DNA of 59,314 nucleotides from Perkinsus chesapeaki ATCC PRA-425. Lineage: Eukaryota; Protista; Perkinsozoa. How positions within the stretch are numbered: position 1 is the stretch's first letter; each line of letters starts with the position of its first letter. Location of the stretch: assembly GCA_013115145.1 (NCBI GenBank), contig JAAPAO010000165.1, forward strand, positions 1 to 59,314, written 5' to 3'. Made by a program: the position numbers and the translations under genes. Below, one piece after another: positions 14,270-28,400 of this stretch. Below the pieces are notes generated by a model that did not search any database, was not told the DNA's origin, and saw nothing but the letters and a program-made list of their open reading frames with translations.

Positions 14270-15205
14270 TATCTCAGAGCCACTTTTAACGCCTTTGTCA
14301 TCGGCTCACTGGCTTCAGATCCCTTCAGTGGCATACCGGACCACATACTGGCCGATTCTATCTTGTCATCATATACGTTAAACGATTATTATACCTACTC
14401 TCAAGTGAGTCACGTTTGAAACTCAAGTCAGACTTAATATCACCTGAGCAGCCCTCGTGGAGCTCTACTGATTATTAATAATGCAAATGCAAGGGTAGAC
14501 CATGCGTAGATGAAATCAATTAACAACATTGCCCTCGAGTGCCAGATCATCTTTCCAGTCACCGCGTTTCGTGACGAAAAAGTTCATATGCGTAAATTAG
14601 TCCACGATGGGGGCGGTCTTGGGATATGAACTCACCCGAAATGCTTGACCATCACTGCTCAGGTTTGCAAACAATGGAGCTCCGCACTACACTCCGATTG
14701 GCTTTGGAAGCGACATTGCGAGGAGCGAGGATTTCAACCCACCGACTTGGCTTGTAGCAATTCGACCAAATCTAAAAAGTGAGGTCGAAGCATTATGCGT
14801 TCGTTTACGAACTTCAACTGGACCTTGTCGGCTGTTAACCAATCGTGTGCTGCGCCACTGTCCTGTGAAGAAGCTCTGGGAACCTCGAGAAAGAGGGATG
14901 TGCGGAGATGCGATAGCCACGAGGCGATAAAAACAATGCCGTCTCGGTTCGGCATTCCACGGCTCTTCCGGACATCCTCATTTCCTCTCGTCCGTGAATT
15001 CAGTTTTTGAATATATGGGGATGGCGGGAGGGGCAAGTTCAGAGAAAAAACGGAGAAATTGGGGCAGAAAATTTCGGGGAAAACAGAAAATTATTGTTCG
15101 TCTGGCTGCTGCCCCAAGCAGTAGAATTATTATTACTTCTACTCGAGTCCACACGCGCCTGGACCTCTCGAGGTGATTGCTGTCGAGGAAGATGCGAACC
15201 TTCAT
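14270..15205 (-). CDS. Hypothetical multi-exon protein
   Basis: MKVRIFLDSNHLERSRRVWTR, then an AT-rich intron, then a long open exon (ORF 14734-15036) and further GT-AG-bounded segments. Boundaries approximate. Confidence 0.35.
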
Positions 15206-15366
15206 ATTTGTAGATTGGCTAATAATGATAACTATCGCAAAAGCTCAGTGTGGAGGGATATATACAGGAAGAGACATTCAGTGGAGAAAAGGTGACCTCT
15301 TTACGGGGGAAGGGGATACGTGTCCAGATCAAGGAAAAGTCATTTAATAAATAACTTTGCACATTC

Positions 15367-15404
15367 GCCGGTGATAACGAATAAATTTAATCGTTATCAC
15401 CGGC
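15367..15404. promoter_or_regulatory. Perfect 14-bp inverted repeat in a divergent intergenic region
   Basis: GCCGGTGATAACGA (15367-15380), 10-nt AT loop, TCGTTATCACCGGC (15391-15404). The sequence is certain; a regulatory role is inferred from position only. Confidence 0.45.
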
Positions 15405-15439
15405 CAACGTGCAGCGCTGGAGGATATTAAAGAAGCTGA

Positions 15440-18205
15440 ATGACGAAATTGAGCAACAACATTTCTGCGTGGCGGTTAGGAGTCTTCTTTAACGTCTGGT
15501 GTGGGGGAAGGCGAACAGGGGTGACAGATATTCAGACGGTTACGAAATATTATTATACTTGGGGTGAAATGATCCCATCTCCTTAGATGAATGATATTAC
15601 CTTATATTCTCATTAGTATTATCGTCGGTATCTCGTTTGCAGGCAAGCAATGTCAAGGAAAAGAAGTTGGACACTTTTTTCATTATTAGTATTTACCATT
15701 TATTATTATCCAGGTTCAGTAAAGGACAATACGTCGACCGTAAACGTGATTCCAGATCGGCTCCGATAATGGACGTAAAGGTGAACTGACTGATTCGTTG
15801 ATTTCGCAAGCCAATCGCGCCTCTGACGAGCAGACAAGCTTGCTTCCAACGCCGATAGCATTGGCGGCATGTCGGACTGGTCGACTGCTCGTATACGAAC
15901 TCGGCGGGGGGGACGGAGAGCGATGCACTCGAGTGACCGAGCCTAAAATGGAACTGATAAAAAGAATAAAAAGTGAGATTATCTTGGCGGTGATAAGTTT
16001 TCCGTTTAACGGAATCGCTGAAGAATGAACTATAGGGGGAACCGTCCCACATTAAGAGGTTTGGTGATGACGAAATAGTACACTGGGTGACACACGGTGT
16101 AGATGAATGTGCTCCTGCTACTGCGGCTGCTGCTGAGGGTGCCGAGAATCTGATAGCTTGGCTTGTGAGGTGAGATATTCACTGTGTAGAAGCCTAACTT
16201 GGACATCAGCAACTAGGCGATAGAGACATCAACTGGAAAGATGTCAATAATCCTTCCGGATATGCAATGTGGCACATGGGGATCGGTAACGCCGAACGTC
16301 GCTTATCCGAAGCCGAGTTGGAAATACTGTGGGTCGATTCCCTCGGCAATTCCGAAATAAATGATTTAGCGCCACCGTGGCACGTTTACGCCTAAAAGTC
16401 GTCCGGAGCCTTCGCCAACATATGTCGGCGGCGCCGCTTTAGAAGGCGAGATGCTTGAGCCGTAATGTTGGTGTTATGCCGCTCAAAGGTGGCGGGTGTG
16501 ATCCACCATCTGTATAGAATTGAAGCTACACATTCAGGTGGTCATTCGAATGCCGCAAGTGCCGCGTTGTCATGTGAGACAGTAGCAAACCGCTTTGCCG
16601 TGGCAGGATACGCAGGTGCTAGGGGGGAGTGACGAGCGTGTGGGCGATGGTTATGTCAGATGGAAGCCTGTCAATGTGGAACCTAGAGAGCAATGAAGCG
16701 GTTGTAGGAACTATGTGCCATCCAGGAGGGGCCACCACCTCGGCGAGGGAGATGGAGGGTGATTTGAGGAAGGAGCGGTATGAGAGTGATGCCCTCTGGA
16801 AGGTTCGAAGCTTCTATCGGCTGGATCGGACGGCTACTGTCGCCTGTGGGACCCACTGGAGAGCGTGAAGTGCATTTGGACTTCACCCCCACCTGCACGG
16901 GAAGGCGAAGATGTAGTTCTGGTTGGATCCGGGAGGAAGCAACCCCACCTCTCGAAGTGTTTGCCTGTCTCAGCCATCAATGCGAATTCGGAGGCAGTTT
17001 ACGAGTGTCTCAGCGGTTGATGGAGGCCCGCTCGTGATTGCCGGAAAAAAGGATTCTTCCTGGCGCGCATTTGACACTAGGGTCGGCGGAGTTGGATCGG
17101 AGGTAAGCTGGGTTGAAGTGTTATGAGCCCTCGACGAAATTCGGGTGCAAATATAAACCAAATTTGGCGGTAAGAGCCTCGAAGCGGAGGAGAATGGAGT
17201 GTAATCATCGCTCGTTTTTTATGTGGAGCTAATTCGCAAGTACTGTCACCAGAGGCCCCGAGTTGATATACGCTTACTTGTCATCGAGGCAGGAGGCACT
17301 ATAAGATATATTTTATAATATTACTTGACGATGTTAAATTGCTATGTGTTGATGACAATCCAATAATAACAACCCCCGAAAATGATGGTTCAGGTTGTGA
17401 AGACCAAGATGACCGATTGGTGCATGTGCGTTGAATCCGACTCTCGACAGTCATGGATGGTGAGGTATCTAAGAAATGGTATCTTACGGTTTTAGCTTAT
17501 TATCAAGTAGCAAACAACAGTTACGTAGATTTGTCGGCTATAAACAAATTTCGAAATAGCGCAGTGTTCGCCGCCACATATCGATATTCCGAGTTATCTC
17601 AACCATCACCAAAGCGAACTAAAAGCTAGGCAAACTGAGAGACTCAGAAACGACGCGGGAGGATCCTCTCAGATGGGAGCGCGGTCGAATCATGTTCGGT
17701 TCCACTTGCACAGATTCGAGCAAGCGACAAGTCAGTGAAGCTCTTCGACATGAGACGCATTACCTTACATGGGGACAGTGGGGTGGTAAATGAAGCTCAT
17801 AGAAGTATACCCCGAATTCCCGGGACGTAGCGGAAAAGTCGGTATCAGGTTCTCGACTGTTAACTAGATTCTGTTCTGATGGACGTTATCGTCTAGTGTC
17901 CTGCGGCCTTGATGGACGAGTTCTGGTGTCAAGTCTTGAAAATAATGATAACGCTTATAAAGAAGTTCACAGTGAAGATGTAAGTTGTCGGCCAGCAGCA
18001 ACCCCTCTCTTCGATGCGGAAGGGAATGCGCTCAAAGCCTAAAGCTTTAGACATACCCTCCTCTGAGACAGTCAAACTTTCAAAGCCTCTGGTGATAGTT
18101 GTTGTCATTTCTCAGGACTATATGTTGGCATGCGCTTTCGATTCTACGAGATTGGTCGTAGCAGGCCTTCGGGGCAAAGTTGACATATTTAGTTTCGATG
18201 GCTGA
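15440..18205 (+). CDS. WD40-repeat protein, multi-exon; 5' end approximate
   Basis: WD-like exons: IALAACRTGRLLVYELGG, VMSDGSLSMWNLES, IAGKKDSSWRAFDTR, ASDKSVKLFDMRR, RLVSCGLDGRVLVSSL and LVVAGLRGKVDIFSFDG ending at TGA 18203-18205. Confidence 0.75.
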
Positions 18206-18429
18206 TGGCTGCTGAAGCTAAGTTGTTGTTGTTAAACTATGCTTTAACGGCCTTCTTGCATGGTCATGCAATTCATGCTCATCTGTTCTTGAGTTTTGTC
18301 AGTGAGATCCATCAATAGCCGAATCACCTAAATCGATTAAATGTTATATCTATAATGAGTACCACTACTACTATTCTCGAAACTGTCACAAGGAACCACA
18401 TGAGTTACCCTTTATTACGGGTTCAGTTA

Positions 18430-21400
18430 CTGCGTATTACGCTTTAAAGTAATCATGATTTGATACCTCCAATCAAACTACATCTTCGGTGCGAAGAGAC
18501 GGAGCTCGATAGTGCTGTATATTGATAGAGTCTGCCTCGTTGAAGGCTTCGAGGAAAAAGCGAAAAATATTTGTTGTGGGATTCGAACCTTTGGGCGATT
18601 TCAACCCGATACGGATTTCTTCGCACACGAACGATTAACTCCTGCAGCACTCCTTGTCAAGGCAACCTTTGTTGACTTCCCTCGCCTTCTTCGTCTGTAC
18701 CGTCGGTGTATTCTAGCATTTTCGTTACTGCACAACTCATACCGTATTTTCCTATGAAATTGTGAATTATTATAGCCATGGTAGTGTTGTTAAAAAGCAG
18801 CAGCAATTGTGGTGGAGATGGTGGCGGCAGATGGACTTGATATTGTATTCATCACTGAATGGTCCTTCGCCAGTAACATTGAGCTTATCAGCTACTATTA
18901 TATTAGTAACAACAGCAGCAGCAGCACTCGGGGCAGGGGCAGACAATCTAATAACAGACTAGAGGGGAAAAGAGCGTCATTTGATCGGCAATAAGAATGG
19001 TTCAATGGTTCAGATATTTATACTATTAATAATAAACGATTATCATGAATCTGTCTTCCCAAGGGCCTTACGACGATGAGCATCTCATCGCGGGCCCAGC
19101 TAGCATACAAAACTCGATAACAATAAATAATTGTTGTTGCGGCTTCAGAATAGTGCAATATTAGCAGCCACTGCGACTGCTATTATAATTAAACAATTAC
19201 TACTCCACGCGATACCGAAGTTCGGACATAAGGATCGTGGTTGCCTGAAAGCAAAGACCATCATAAAAAACAACAGCACCACCGGCGTTACGTCGGCAAT
19301 GTCGAATTGATGATTCTCATCATCATGATCGATATCGCAAATTCGGATCTCTCCTGTGCTCGCCGAGAGGGACACAGACACTTTCACAGGGACCTGCCAA
19401 CAGGTTCAGCGTCGAGGTGCGTATGCGTGCAGAATTACGGCTATGCTGTCCCTTGGTCGTTCGAATGGGGGCAGATGGACTGCTGCCGATGTCTGGTCGT
19501 CCGGCGGGAAAGTGTATGATGATTTATTTGGAGATGACAATTTCGGGCCAACAAACGCCCAAACCTGCACGCGTTGCGTTTCCTTCGGGATGAAGTCAAG
19601 TGGTAAGCGACCTGAAAGCAGCTTCACTGCGCCACGAAATTGTCACGCACCTAACAATGGCGAGAATTTCCGGCAGCTCCGAACACCGCCGCAGAGCATC
19701 GCTTCCTTTGAGGAAATGTGGAAAACGTGGACACTAGTTTGCCTGGGATCATCCCAGGGGGGAACTGAGCACAAACCACGTGACAAAAATGAGGTAGACC
19801 GTTTCCTCTTACGCAGTTGAATTGAACTCATTCTGGAGCGGTCTGTAGGGTAAACGAATCCGTCGACGTTTAACATAGACGGAATTGAGAACGATTTACA
19901 CATCGCCAGAAAAGTTAATGGGGACTCCCTGAGAGGACCGGTGCTGCGAAAATTAGCCTCAGACTTACCTTCCGCGGTTAATTCCGAGTATCCCCAGAAA
20001 TTGTGAGTTGCTCTCATCGACTATTGGAAAAGCACACTGTATGGCGGGGAATAAGCAACTGATGATGATAATGGTGACAAGGGAATGAATAGACTCTAGT
20101 TCGCCAGGAATTCTGACCAGTTTTTACGTAAAGTTCTGACAGATATGAGAGATAAATTAGCAGCAAAATTGACCAACGTGAAAATACATTTCGGAATCGA
20201 TAAGGTAATTGTCAATCCCGACTGACCGGTAGATATACCAACCCTTGATGAGGAATCCTCATTGAGAATGAACATTATTACTATAAAATCATCCAGCAGC
20301 ACCGCACTGCTCCGAGCACCTCTTATTCCAATGCTTTCAAATCCGGAAGGCGATCATATACCAAGTAGCGGTATACTCGCTTGCTTTCCTCGGCTAACTT
20401 CACCAAGGCCACCACCACAGAAGATGTAAAAGATCGGACCACATTTCATCAAAATGTAGTGGACACATGTGGTGCCCAGCACTACAAGCACTCGAACGAC
20501 AAGATCTTCCATCCTCGGAAAAATCCGATAAATTAGAGATGGAAAAATCTTTTCCCGGAAAATTTCTCGACGACCGTTGTACAGGATCAATAATATATAA
20601 AAACAATTCATACCATTATATGAAAACTTAAATGCTGCCACTTCCTCAGGAGTTCAACCCTGAGGAATATGCGCCAAGTTCTGACGTCATCGGTAGCCCT
20701 CGGCATAGGGCCGTTGAGCTACTAAAAGGTTGAACTCTGTGGGGAAGAATATTCTTTTTTCAGCCACTTCCCGGCAGTCCTTACTCGGCAAGCTTTGCAG
20801 TACTGAGGACCTCCGCTTGGCCAGATTCGAGAAATCCTGGCGCCGCAAGTTGCCCACTTAAGTTGACGGTATAAAAGGCAGAGTGAAGCGACGCCGAACA
20901 CCGTGGAGCTCCGGCTACATCGCTGACTGGGAGGGTACAGATGACCACCTGAGGACATTTGGACTTCGGAGAACCGCTCGCAACAGTCGATATGTGACTT
21001 GGGATGTGAAATAGTGATGGATAAGATGCTCCGTATTAGTGTATTTACTTGATACAATTATACATATACGATGCTCAGTATCATAAACGAATATAATTAA
21101 ATGATATCAATGAAGATGGTGAGGCTTGAACAGTTAAGTTCAACCCTACTGCTCTGCAAGCGACATTAGATGCCTCGATGAAAATAAATGCTTGTATCGG
21201 ATTTATTATTATTCCTTCTATACAAACACGCACCTGTGCCTGGTAGAAGGAGGTCGAGTGCTGCCGTGGAAAACGGTGCGATTATGTGGTGGATCTACTA
21301 AGTGGAAATTTAGTAATAATATCGAAGTTATCATTCATTGATATGATTTTCGTCGATATGCCACACAATACTGTCTGAGGGGAATCACACCGATAGCCGA

Positions 21401-22244
21401 AATCTTGGACACCAGACATTCCCGGGGCATTACCTCCTCATAGCAACCTTGCTCTTCAAAGAGAAATAAGCACTCCTCACCAGCTCCACTAGTAGTGGTT
21501 GTGGATCGTCTACCGACATCCATACAGTACTGCTTGCCACTGTACTCTTTGGCTGATTCTTCAATAACATCGTAATTATCATCGGCTTCATCGAATTCCT
21601 TGGACGTCGACTTTACCGACGCCCTCGATGACGTATCATCCTTTATTTTCTTAGGTTCGGGTCGAAGCACCAACGGTGAACAAATCTCAGTATTGCAATT
21701 ACAAACCGACGCGAGTTCCTTGAGTGCTGACAGCAATGACGCTGCAGAGGATCGAACCTGTGCGAGTTTGCTCCTACCTCCCGGGCTGGGCAACGAGGTT
21801 GCCATGTGCTTCAATTGATGGCGATGAAATACTATACCGGTGCTCGCCAAACCTTCATTTAGAGATATCTCTTCAGTGTCATCCGAGCAGCCCCGGCAAG
21901 GACGTGACGTATTGATCGCGGGCACCATCATGTCTCGGCGGAAGAGTATCGCCCAGCGACGTAGAGGCCAATGAAGAAGAAACCCTTCAGAAGGAAGAGA
22001 CAGCACCCACAGAAGAACGGACGGCACATTTTCGGTGGAGATGGCAGAGTTCAAGTTACCTATACGAAAGCAGGTAAATGATATTCACCATCACCTGGTG
22101 AAATACGAGCTCGGAAATATCTTGTTTCAACCTTAAAGATTCCTCTAATACAGACGCTGAGGAGTTTAGCCAATACAAATCAAAATAGTTCACGATAATC
22201 GATCGTAATGATATGGGTATCACAATATGATCGATCGACGCCAT
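18430..22244 (-). CDS. Large multi-exon hypothetical protein (could be two genes)
   Basis: MASIDHIVIPISL... first exon, a 239-codon open exon (21335-22054), and many short GT-AG introns on the minus strand down to ~18.4 kb. No family recognised; 3' end approximate. Confidence 0.45.
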
Positions 22245-22493
22245 CTACAGACATACCACGAGTGTCAAGGTGACACAGTGGATGATGGGATCGGAGGGTT
22301 ATTAGCGCAGCTAGTAGAAGGGATATAACAATTATTTAATTAGCGCGGCCTTATAGATAGTCGACCTTTTCTGTATCTTACCTGCTTCAACCTAGGATAC
22401 CACATTGCGCATTTAAGTTAGCGCGCGCCCGTCTAATCGATCATTATAATCACGACTCTCGGGAAACGCGCGCGTCTCCTTGTTCGCTTTGAA

Positions 22494-25400
22494 ATGTCCG
22501 GTTATGTTCCGAATGGAGAAAACCATACAGGAGCTCATCGGAAAGGCATGCCCCCTCTAGGGAAGGACCCGAGTAATAAGGAGCTGTCGGCTGGATGTTA
22601 TTGTGGGGCTTGTAAAAGGAAGTGGTGGGGAAGCGAGAAATTATAGGATTGCTGATTGATAATACTAAAGAGTTAAAGTGACCGGAAATGATAGAATTGA
22701 GAAGACAATGGTGTGATCAATGACAATAAAAAATATAGTTTCGGAAAAGAAATATTCCTAATAAGGAATATATTTTGGAGCTTTACAAACATAACAAATG
22801 TAATTAAATTTTTCACACCGTGGTTTACAGGGATACCGCCGATGCCGGTGAAACGTGCTAATCGGAGTCGACCACCTCTACACCCCAGCACATCAGCTAG
22901 GAACAGGACCAGGGCACCTGGTAGAAGCCCTAAACGGTAGTAGTGGGGAGATGGGGCACATCCCCGATGCCTGGAGTTGCTTGAATTGCTTATGTATCAT
23001 CGCATTGTCTGTTTTACCTCTTCAAAGTCGTTGATATCTTTTTTATTCTGATTAGTCTTTTGATATTAACTAATAGACCTTCCCTCACTCTCTTGCGACA
23101 TTCGGGAAAAACTATTTATTGATGAAATCCCCCCCCCAAAATGTTCGTTTTTCGGGAATGTATTTTTCATCGAGGTTCCAAAAACCAACAGTACTTCGGC
23201 TCAGAAGGGAGCGTAGAGTGAAGTCAGCTGTCAGGCCCCGAAGGCATGAGTTCGATGTTTCCTTTTGGCGAATTTCCCATCAAAATTCTGTACATTTGTC
23301 TTCTATCACCTCCTCCGCATTAGAACCACTGTTCGATCCTTGAAAATGTTATTCTGGATATAATTGTGATTATCCACCAATGAAGAAAACTGCGCGATCG
23401 GGAAAATTTTATGAAGGGAAATAAATTTGAGAGCATCTTGAAAAATGATGAAATGTTTGTAAATTGAATTTTCGCATATTTCAAGTGAAATATTCGGCGA
23501 CTGTCGGGGGAATAGAAGAAGCGGGAAACTTAGGAGTGCAGGGAAAAGCCGGAAATTTATGTGGAAAAAGGCAGGGAAAAGCCGGAAATTTATGTGGAAA
23601 AAGGCAGGGAAAAGTCGGAAATTTATGTGGAAAAATGCAGGGAAAAGTGGGAAATTTATGTGGAAAAATGCAGGGAAAAGTGGGAAATTTATGTGGAAAA
23701 ATGCAGGGTATGTGGAAAAATGCAGGGAAAAGTCGAAAATTTATGTGGGAAAGTGAAAAAAGGGGAATTTCAAAAGGGGAAAGATTGTATTTTTCTTATC
23801 GCTCATTTCACCGATACAAAGCTGACATGTCTTCAATTTATTCAGTACCGTGGTATCACTTGCTGACCCTCTTCACAATCTCCGACAAATTCCGGGAGGA
23901 GACGAAGCGAGCAGGACAGCGTATCTTGCTAAAGCTGAAGAGGTAGAAATACTGCTGCTGAGGATCGAACCGGCGACCTTCAGGACCGCGAAAGTCGAGT
24001 TGTAGAGGAGAAAAATGCAGAGAAGAAATTGGACCCTCCGCCGAAGGCCTGGCCAATCACGTCATTCCTCATTTTTCGGATTCCTGGCGCGGCAATTTAT
24101 TTGATAATTTGCGCTGGTTTGGCAGCGACACTGTACACGTGGTCATTGGGGTGGATAAGTTCTGATGGTAGGAGGCGGAGCGAAGCGTTTTTTGTTTCAC
24201 AGTTTTGTCGTTCAGGCGGATTTCCGCTGTTCGATTGTCCGAGTTCGTCGGTTGTTTCGCTGAATGAGAATGTCGACGGCAATTTTTGCCAGCTGACATT
24301 CGCGTTTGATAACATTACGAACTATCGAGCCGCGGCGGTTGGATTCCAAAGTAGGCGGGGTGTAGAGGAATGGGATGATTTTATTCGGTGACATGTACTT
24401 TTATGAGCTTTCGATCAGGCAGGAGGAATCTAGATGAACTTTAGGGAAATTTGTTATTCGATCATCAGAGATACGATAGGGAGGAGAATATCTCTCCCCA
24501 GGAGAGAGTGCCGAAAGAAGCATCGGATGCATGCCCTTACTCTCCAATCTCACTGGCCATAAATCGGCTTGTTAGTTTATTATATATTTTCTCGTTTAGC
24601 CATATTAATCTTGCTTGTGAATCTTGATTTCTTTGGTTGGATGAAAAAACTATCTCCGTGCGATTTGCCTGACCGGAAATTCACAAATGCTTATGTAGAA
24701 ATATGGAAACGATACCTTCCAGAAGACAATGTAGATAATACATTCCAGAGGACAATGTAGATAATACATTCCAGAGGACAATGTAGATAATACATTCCAG
24801 AGGACAATGTAGATAATACATTCCAGAGGACAATGTAGATAATACATTCCAGAGGACAATGTAGATAATNNNNNNNNNNNNNNNNNNNNNNNNNNNNNNN
24901 NNNNNNNNNNNNNNNNNNNNNNNNNNNNNNNNNNNNNNNNNNNNNNNNNNNNNNNNNNNNNNNNNTAATACATTCCAGAGGACAATGTGGATAAAACAAT
25001 CCAGAGGACAATGTAGATAATATATTATCGTTTGATATTGTATCCTTCACTCTCTCTTATATAGTAATGCTTTGAAAGTGCAGAAGTGTAGAGCACACTC
25101 AAAAAAGGTATATTATTGATCGATTGTTGCTGAGGTGATTGTAATATATTTACGATCGTAGCAAGTCCAATAATGTATGATTTCTCTTTTGGAATGGCTC
25201 CCCTCCTCAGTAGGGAGATAGTAGACGATGTAGGGCCACTCAGATACGTGAAGAGTAGGGTGAGATTTGTCAAGTGAAGTAGTGAAGGGATCAGAATACA
25301 TTATATCATTTTTATTAGTGGTTTAATACTCCACATTGTGCTAGTTGAGATTGAAATTTTTGAGAAGATTTTTCAGAAATTTGTGGTTGAAGTAATGAGT

Positions 25401-28400
25401 TGTTCTGAGGAATCCTCGAAGATTTCGAGCTCAGGGGTATCTTTCGCACTATAAAGATTCCTTTTCAGAGGAGGATGGCTCGCGTTCAACTTGTTGGATT
25501 CCGTCTCGGTATCAGTATGAAGATTGTGATGCGCTGGAGCCGTGCTATGTAAAGAGTATCTTTACGCACTGTGAAGATTTCTGGCCCTTCAGGTGCGGTG
25601 CCGCTCAGCTGTACCATGCCGTACGGCTCTCTATGGGCCGGACTCGAAGACCACACCGAAGCCAAACCAGGTGGAACCAGTGGCCTGTGCAAAGACGGTC
25701 ATTTGGGGAGCTGATGAGAATAATAATATAGTAAGAGGCGTAGGTTCAATTCCCGGTGGAGGCATCTTTTAGTGTTGGGAATGATTTTCGTTATTTTACT
25801 AATAACTTAATAGTATTGGTCACAGTATTGGTAAATTAAAATTGGTCTGCTTGAATGAGAAAATCAAAAAAGGAAATTTGGAAAATAAAATAGAAGAAAA
25901 ATTGGGAAGAAATTAGAATATAAAAAGAGGAAGCAGTTCGAAGTGACCACTCTCCTCTGTTTTTTCGTGCACAAATCCACAAAGGTGAAGGGGAGCAAAG
26001 ATATATCTATAGACATATTCGCCAGCAGTGCCATTGTGCAATTTGTCCCCTTAGTTTTCCCATTCCTCAGGACTCGGGCTGCTCGCAAACGATATGGTTG
26101 AAGGAGGATCAACCTACTACAGTGCCGCAGACGGCCATCGCGGTTCAACCGTAAGTGATTTTTTGGAAACAAATATTTTTTCTCATCGGATGGTCCCGGG
26201 TTCGATTCTCGGTGAGAATAGGTTTAATGCACATTCTATCGAACTGATGAGAATTTCAGAGAAGGTTAAAAGCTGAAAAGTCAATAACAAATTACCATCT
26301 CAGAAGTTCTTCAACCCCAAATCGTCACGCGCCGTAGAATTATTTCCCATCAGATATTGCGACTGGGGCGGCACTGTATCTCCGGCTGACATAATAGGCA
26401 TTCGTGCCCTCTTTCTCGGGGTCCTTCTGTTCTTGCTAACATATATCGGTGAGTGATTAGTGTAATTAGCGCGCGCCCTGGTGATCGATTTGATTAGGCG
26501 CCGTGTTTGCCATTCGAGTGAACTATAAAAGACGGATGACGACGCACGCGGCGGAATTGGAGATGTTACAACCGAAAATGAACGATGTCCGCGAAGATAT
26601 GCATTCTGTGGTAAGTTTGAAAAATGCCGCCGGTGGGGATCGAACTCGCGTGGATGCTTCAGTTTACTCTGTGCATTTTATTTCCTGAAAGCCCATGGCT
26701 TTCGCGGGTTTTTGGTGTTTAGAATATAACGAAGACGAAAAGCACGACCATATCAATGTAGGCAATTTTTTTCAAAAATTCAAAAAATTTTTTTGCGGAA
26801 AATTTTTCCGGGTATTATGTAACATAATACCAGGAAAAATTTTCCGCAAAAACTTTTTTCTCATATATATCCTACATAATTTATGTAGGATATATATGAG
26901 ACTCTTTCGAGCTTTAATCCGAGAAGTATTTTCACTGCTGTTCTTCCCCCAAAGTATCCGCATAATAACACTATTTCCTCCGGTCCAGGTGGAGCGTCGC
27001 TGGTGCGGTCTGCCAGTCGAAGCTGGTCCTCCCCATGACTCAATGAACCACAACGGCCCGAAGTTCGAGACGGGCAGTTTGCTAGAACTGGTAAGAATGC
27101 ATAGAGCGGTCATTGCGGAATCGGAAAATATCCTTTTGGTGAAATATCTCAAGTGTTCTCGTACGTTTACAATTGCGCGGGTCATATTCTCAACGATTTG
27201 CGGTAGGGGGAATTTTCCCCCAATTTTTTCCGCTAATTTTCGTCAAGCTTACAGGATCCGAAAAGAACTATATTGCCGATGTAGAGTTCAGTGTGAATAT
27301 TAATTTGATAGTATATTTTTAGATCCTCTCAAACTTGCCACCGATGCATCCACTTCGTAAAAATTCATTCGCTTTGGAAAACGCAAAATTTTCGTACAAT
27401 TTGTGACTCCTATTCGCGTGAATTTTTTCCACTTTTTTGTGCATTTTGTGACTCGGTTGATACCTTTTCAGAATACCGCGGCGAAGCCGGGCAAACCTCC
27501 AATGACATCGGCAGATCATAAACGGCGGTGAGAGCATCCCGCGTTCGATCCCTGGTGGAGGCGTTTTTAATATCCAGGTTTGCGTCGGGAAGCTGGCGGT
27601 ATCGTCTGCGTTTAATGGCGGGCTTGCGAGCTCGCAAAAAGGCTATGGTAAGTAGTCTGAATAGTTTCGTGGCGCGCTGGAAAATTGTATGTTTTTTCAT
27701 GATTTCTTCTGCAAATTTTCTCATTCTCACGAATGGTTTGTCGAATGTTTCTACAATCTCCATGTAATCGAAGAAGAATTATTATTTTATATTATATAAA
27801 ATTTTATTAAGATCATTCTTCCTACTTTTGCTAGCCCGCCGTTCATACAACTAAAGTCTTGTTAAATATGAACCGGTATAATATATTATCTCCGACTTTG
27901 ATAATGTTTATTGGTTCTGTTAGGTGGCCTCTCGCATCCGTCACCAAGCTGTTATGATGGGTGTCAGCTATCTCCTGTTGATTGTATCGATTATGTGTTT
28001 GGTCTTGTTGATACAGCCACTCAATTACGTCGAGTAAGGAGTCTAAGGAGTTTTGATTGAATTATTCGAGTTGTGGAGGAAGGCATGCGGATTTCATCGG
28101 CTAACAAAAAAAGCTCTTCCCAGTGTCCCCGAATTTTTCCCCATTTTCGCCAATTTTCCCCAATTTTCCCCAATTTTTTCCCGTCAGTTACGCCCCCCGA
28201 GCGTTTCTCGATCCAATAATCCACCCGGCCACGCGAAATTCAGGCGAAGGTGTCTATGCATGGTTGGACCTGTTGGCATTCAGCGACTATATAGTGGAAT
28301 TTATAGTAAGGAGGCGCGGGTTCAATTCCCGGTTGAGGCGCTTTTATCGCATTTTTCAGGTTCTTACAATCGGTATATTGACGTCAGCGTATAAAATGAA

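Noticed and set aside
18579-18589. GGTTCGAATCC on the minus strand as another B-box element or tRNA-Ser fragment
   Set aside because: Only 2 of 5 T-stem pairs form, it probably overlaps a splice donor, and one hit outside the cluster is within chance expectation.
23239-23250. Non-canonical GC donor (GAAG/gcatgag)
   Set aside because: The exon boundary cannot be fixed without transcripts. A second candidate at ~27511 had a normal GT donor at 27528.
24717-25022. CRISPR-like array
   Set aside because: The 26-bp units are contiguous with no unique spacers, the context is eukaryotic, and no cas genes are present.
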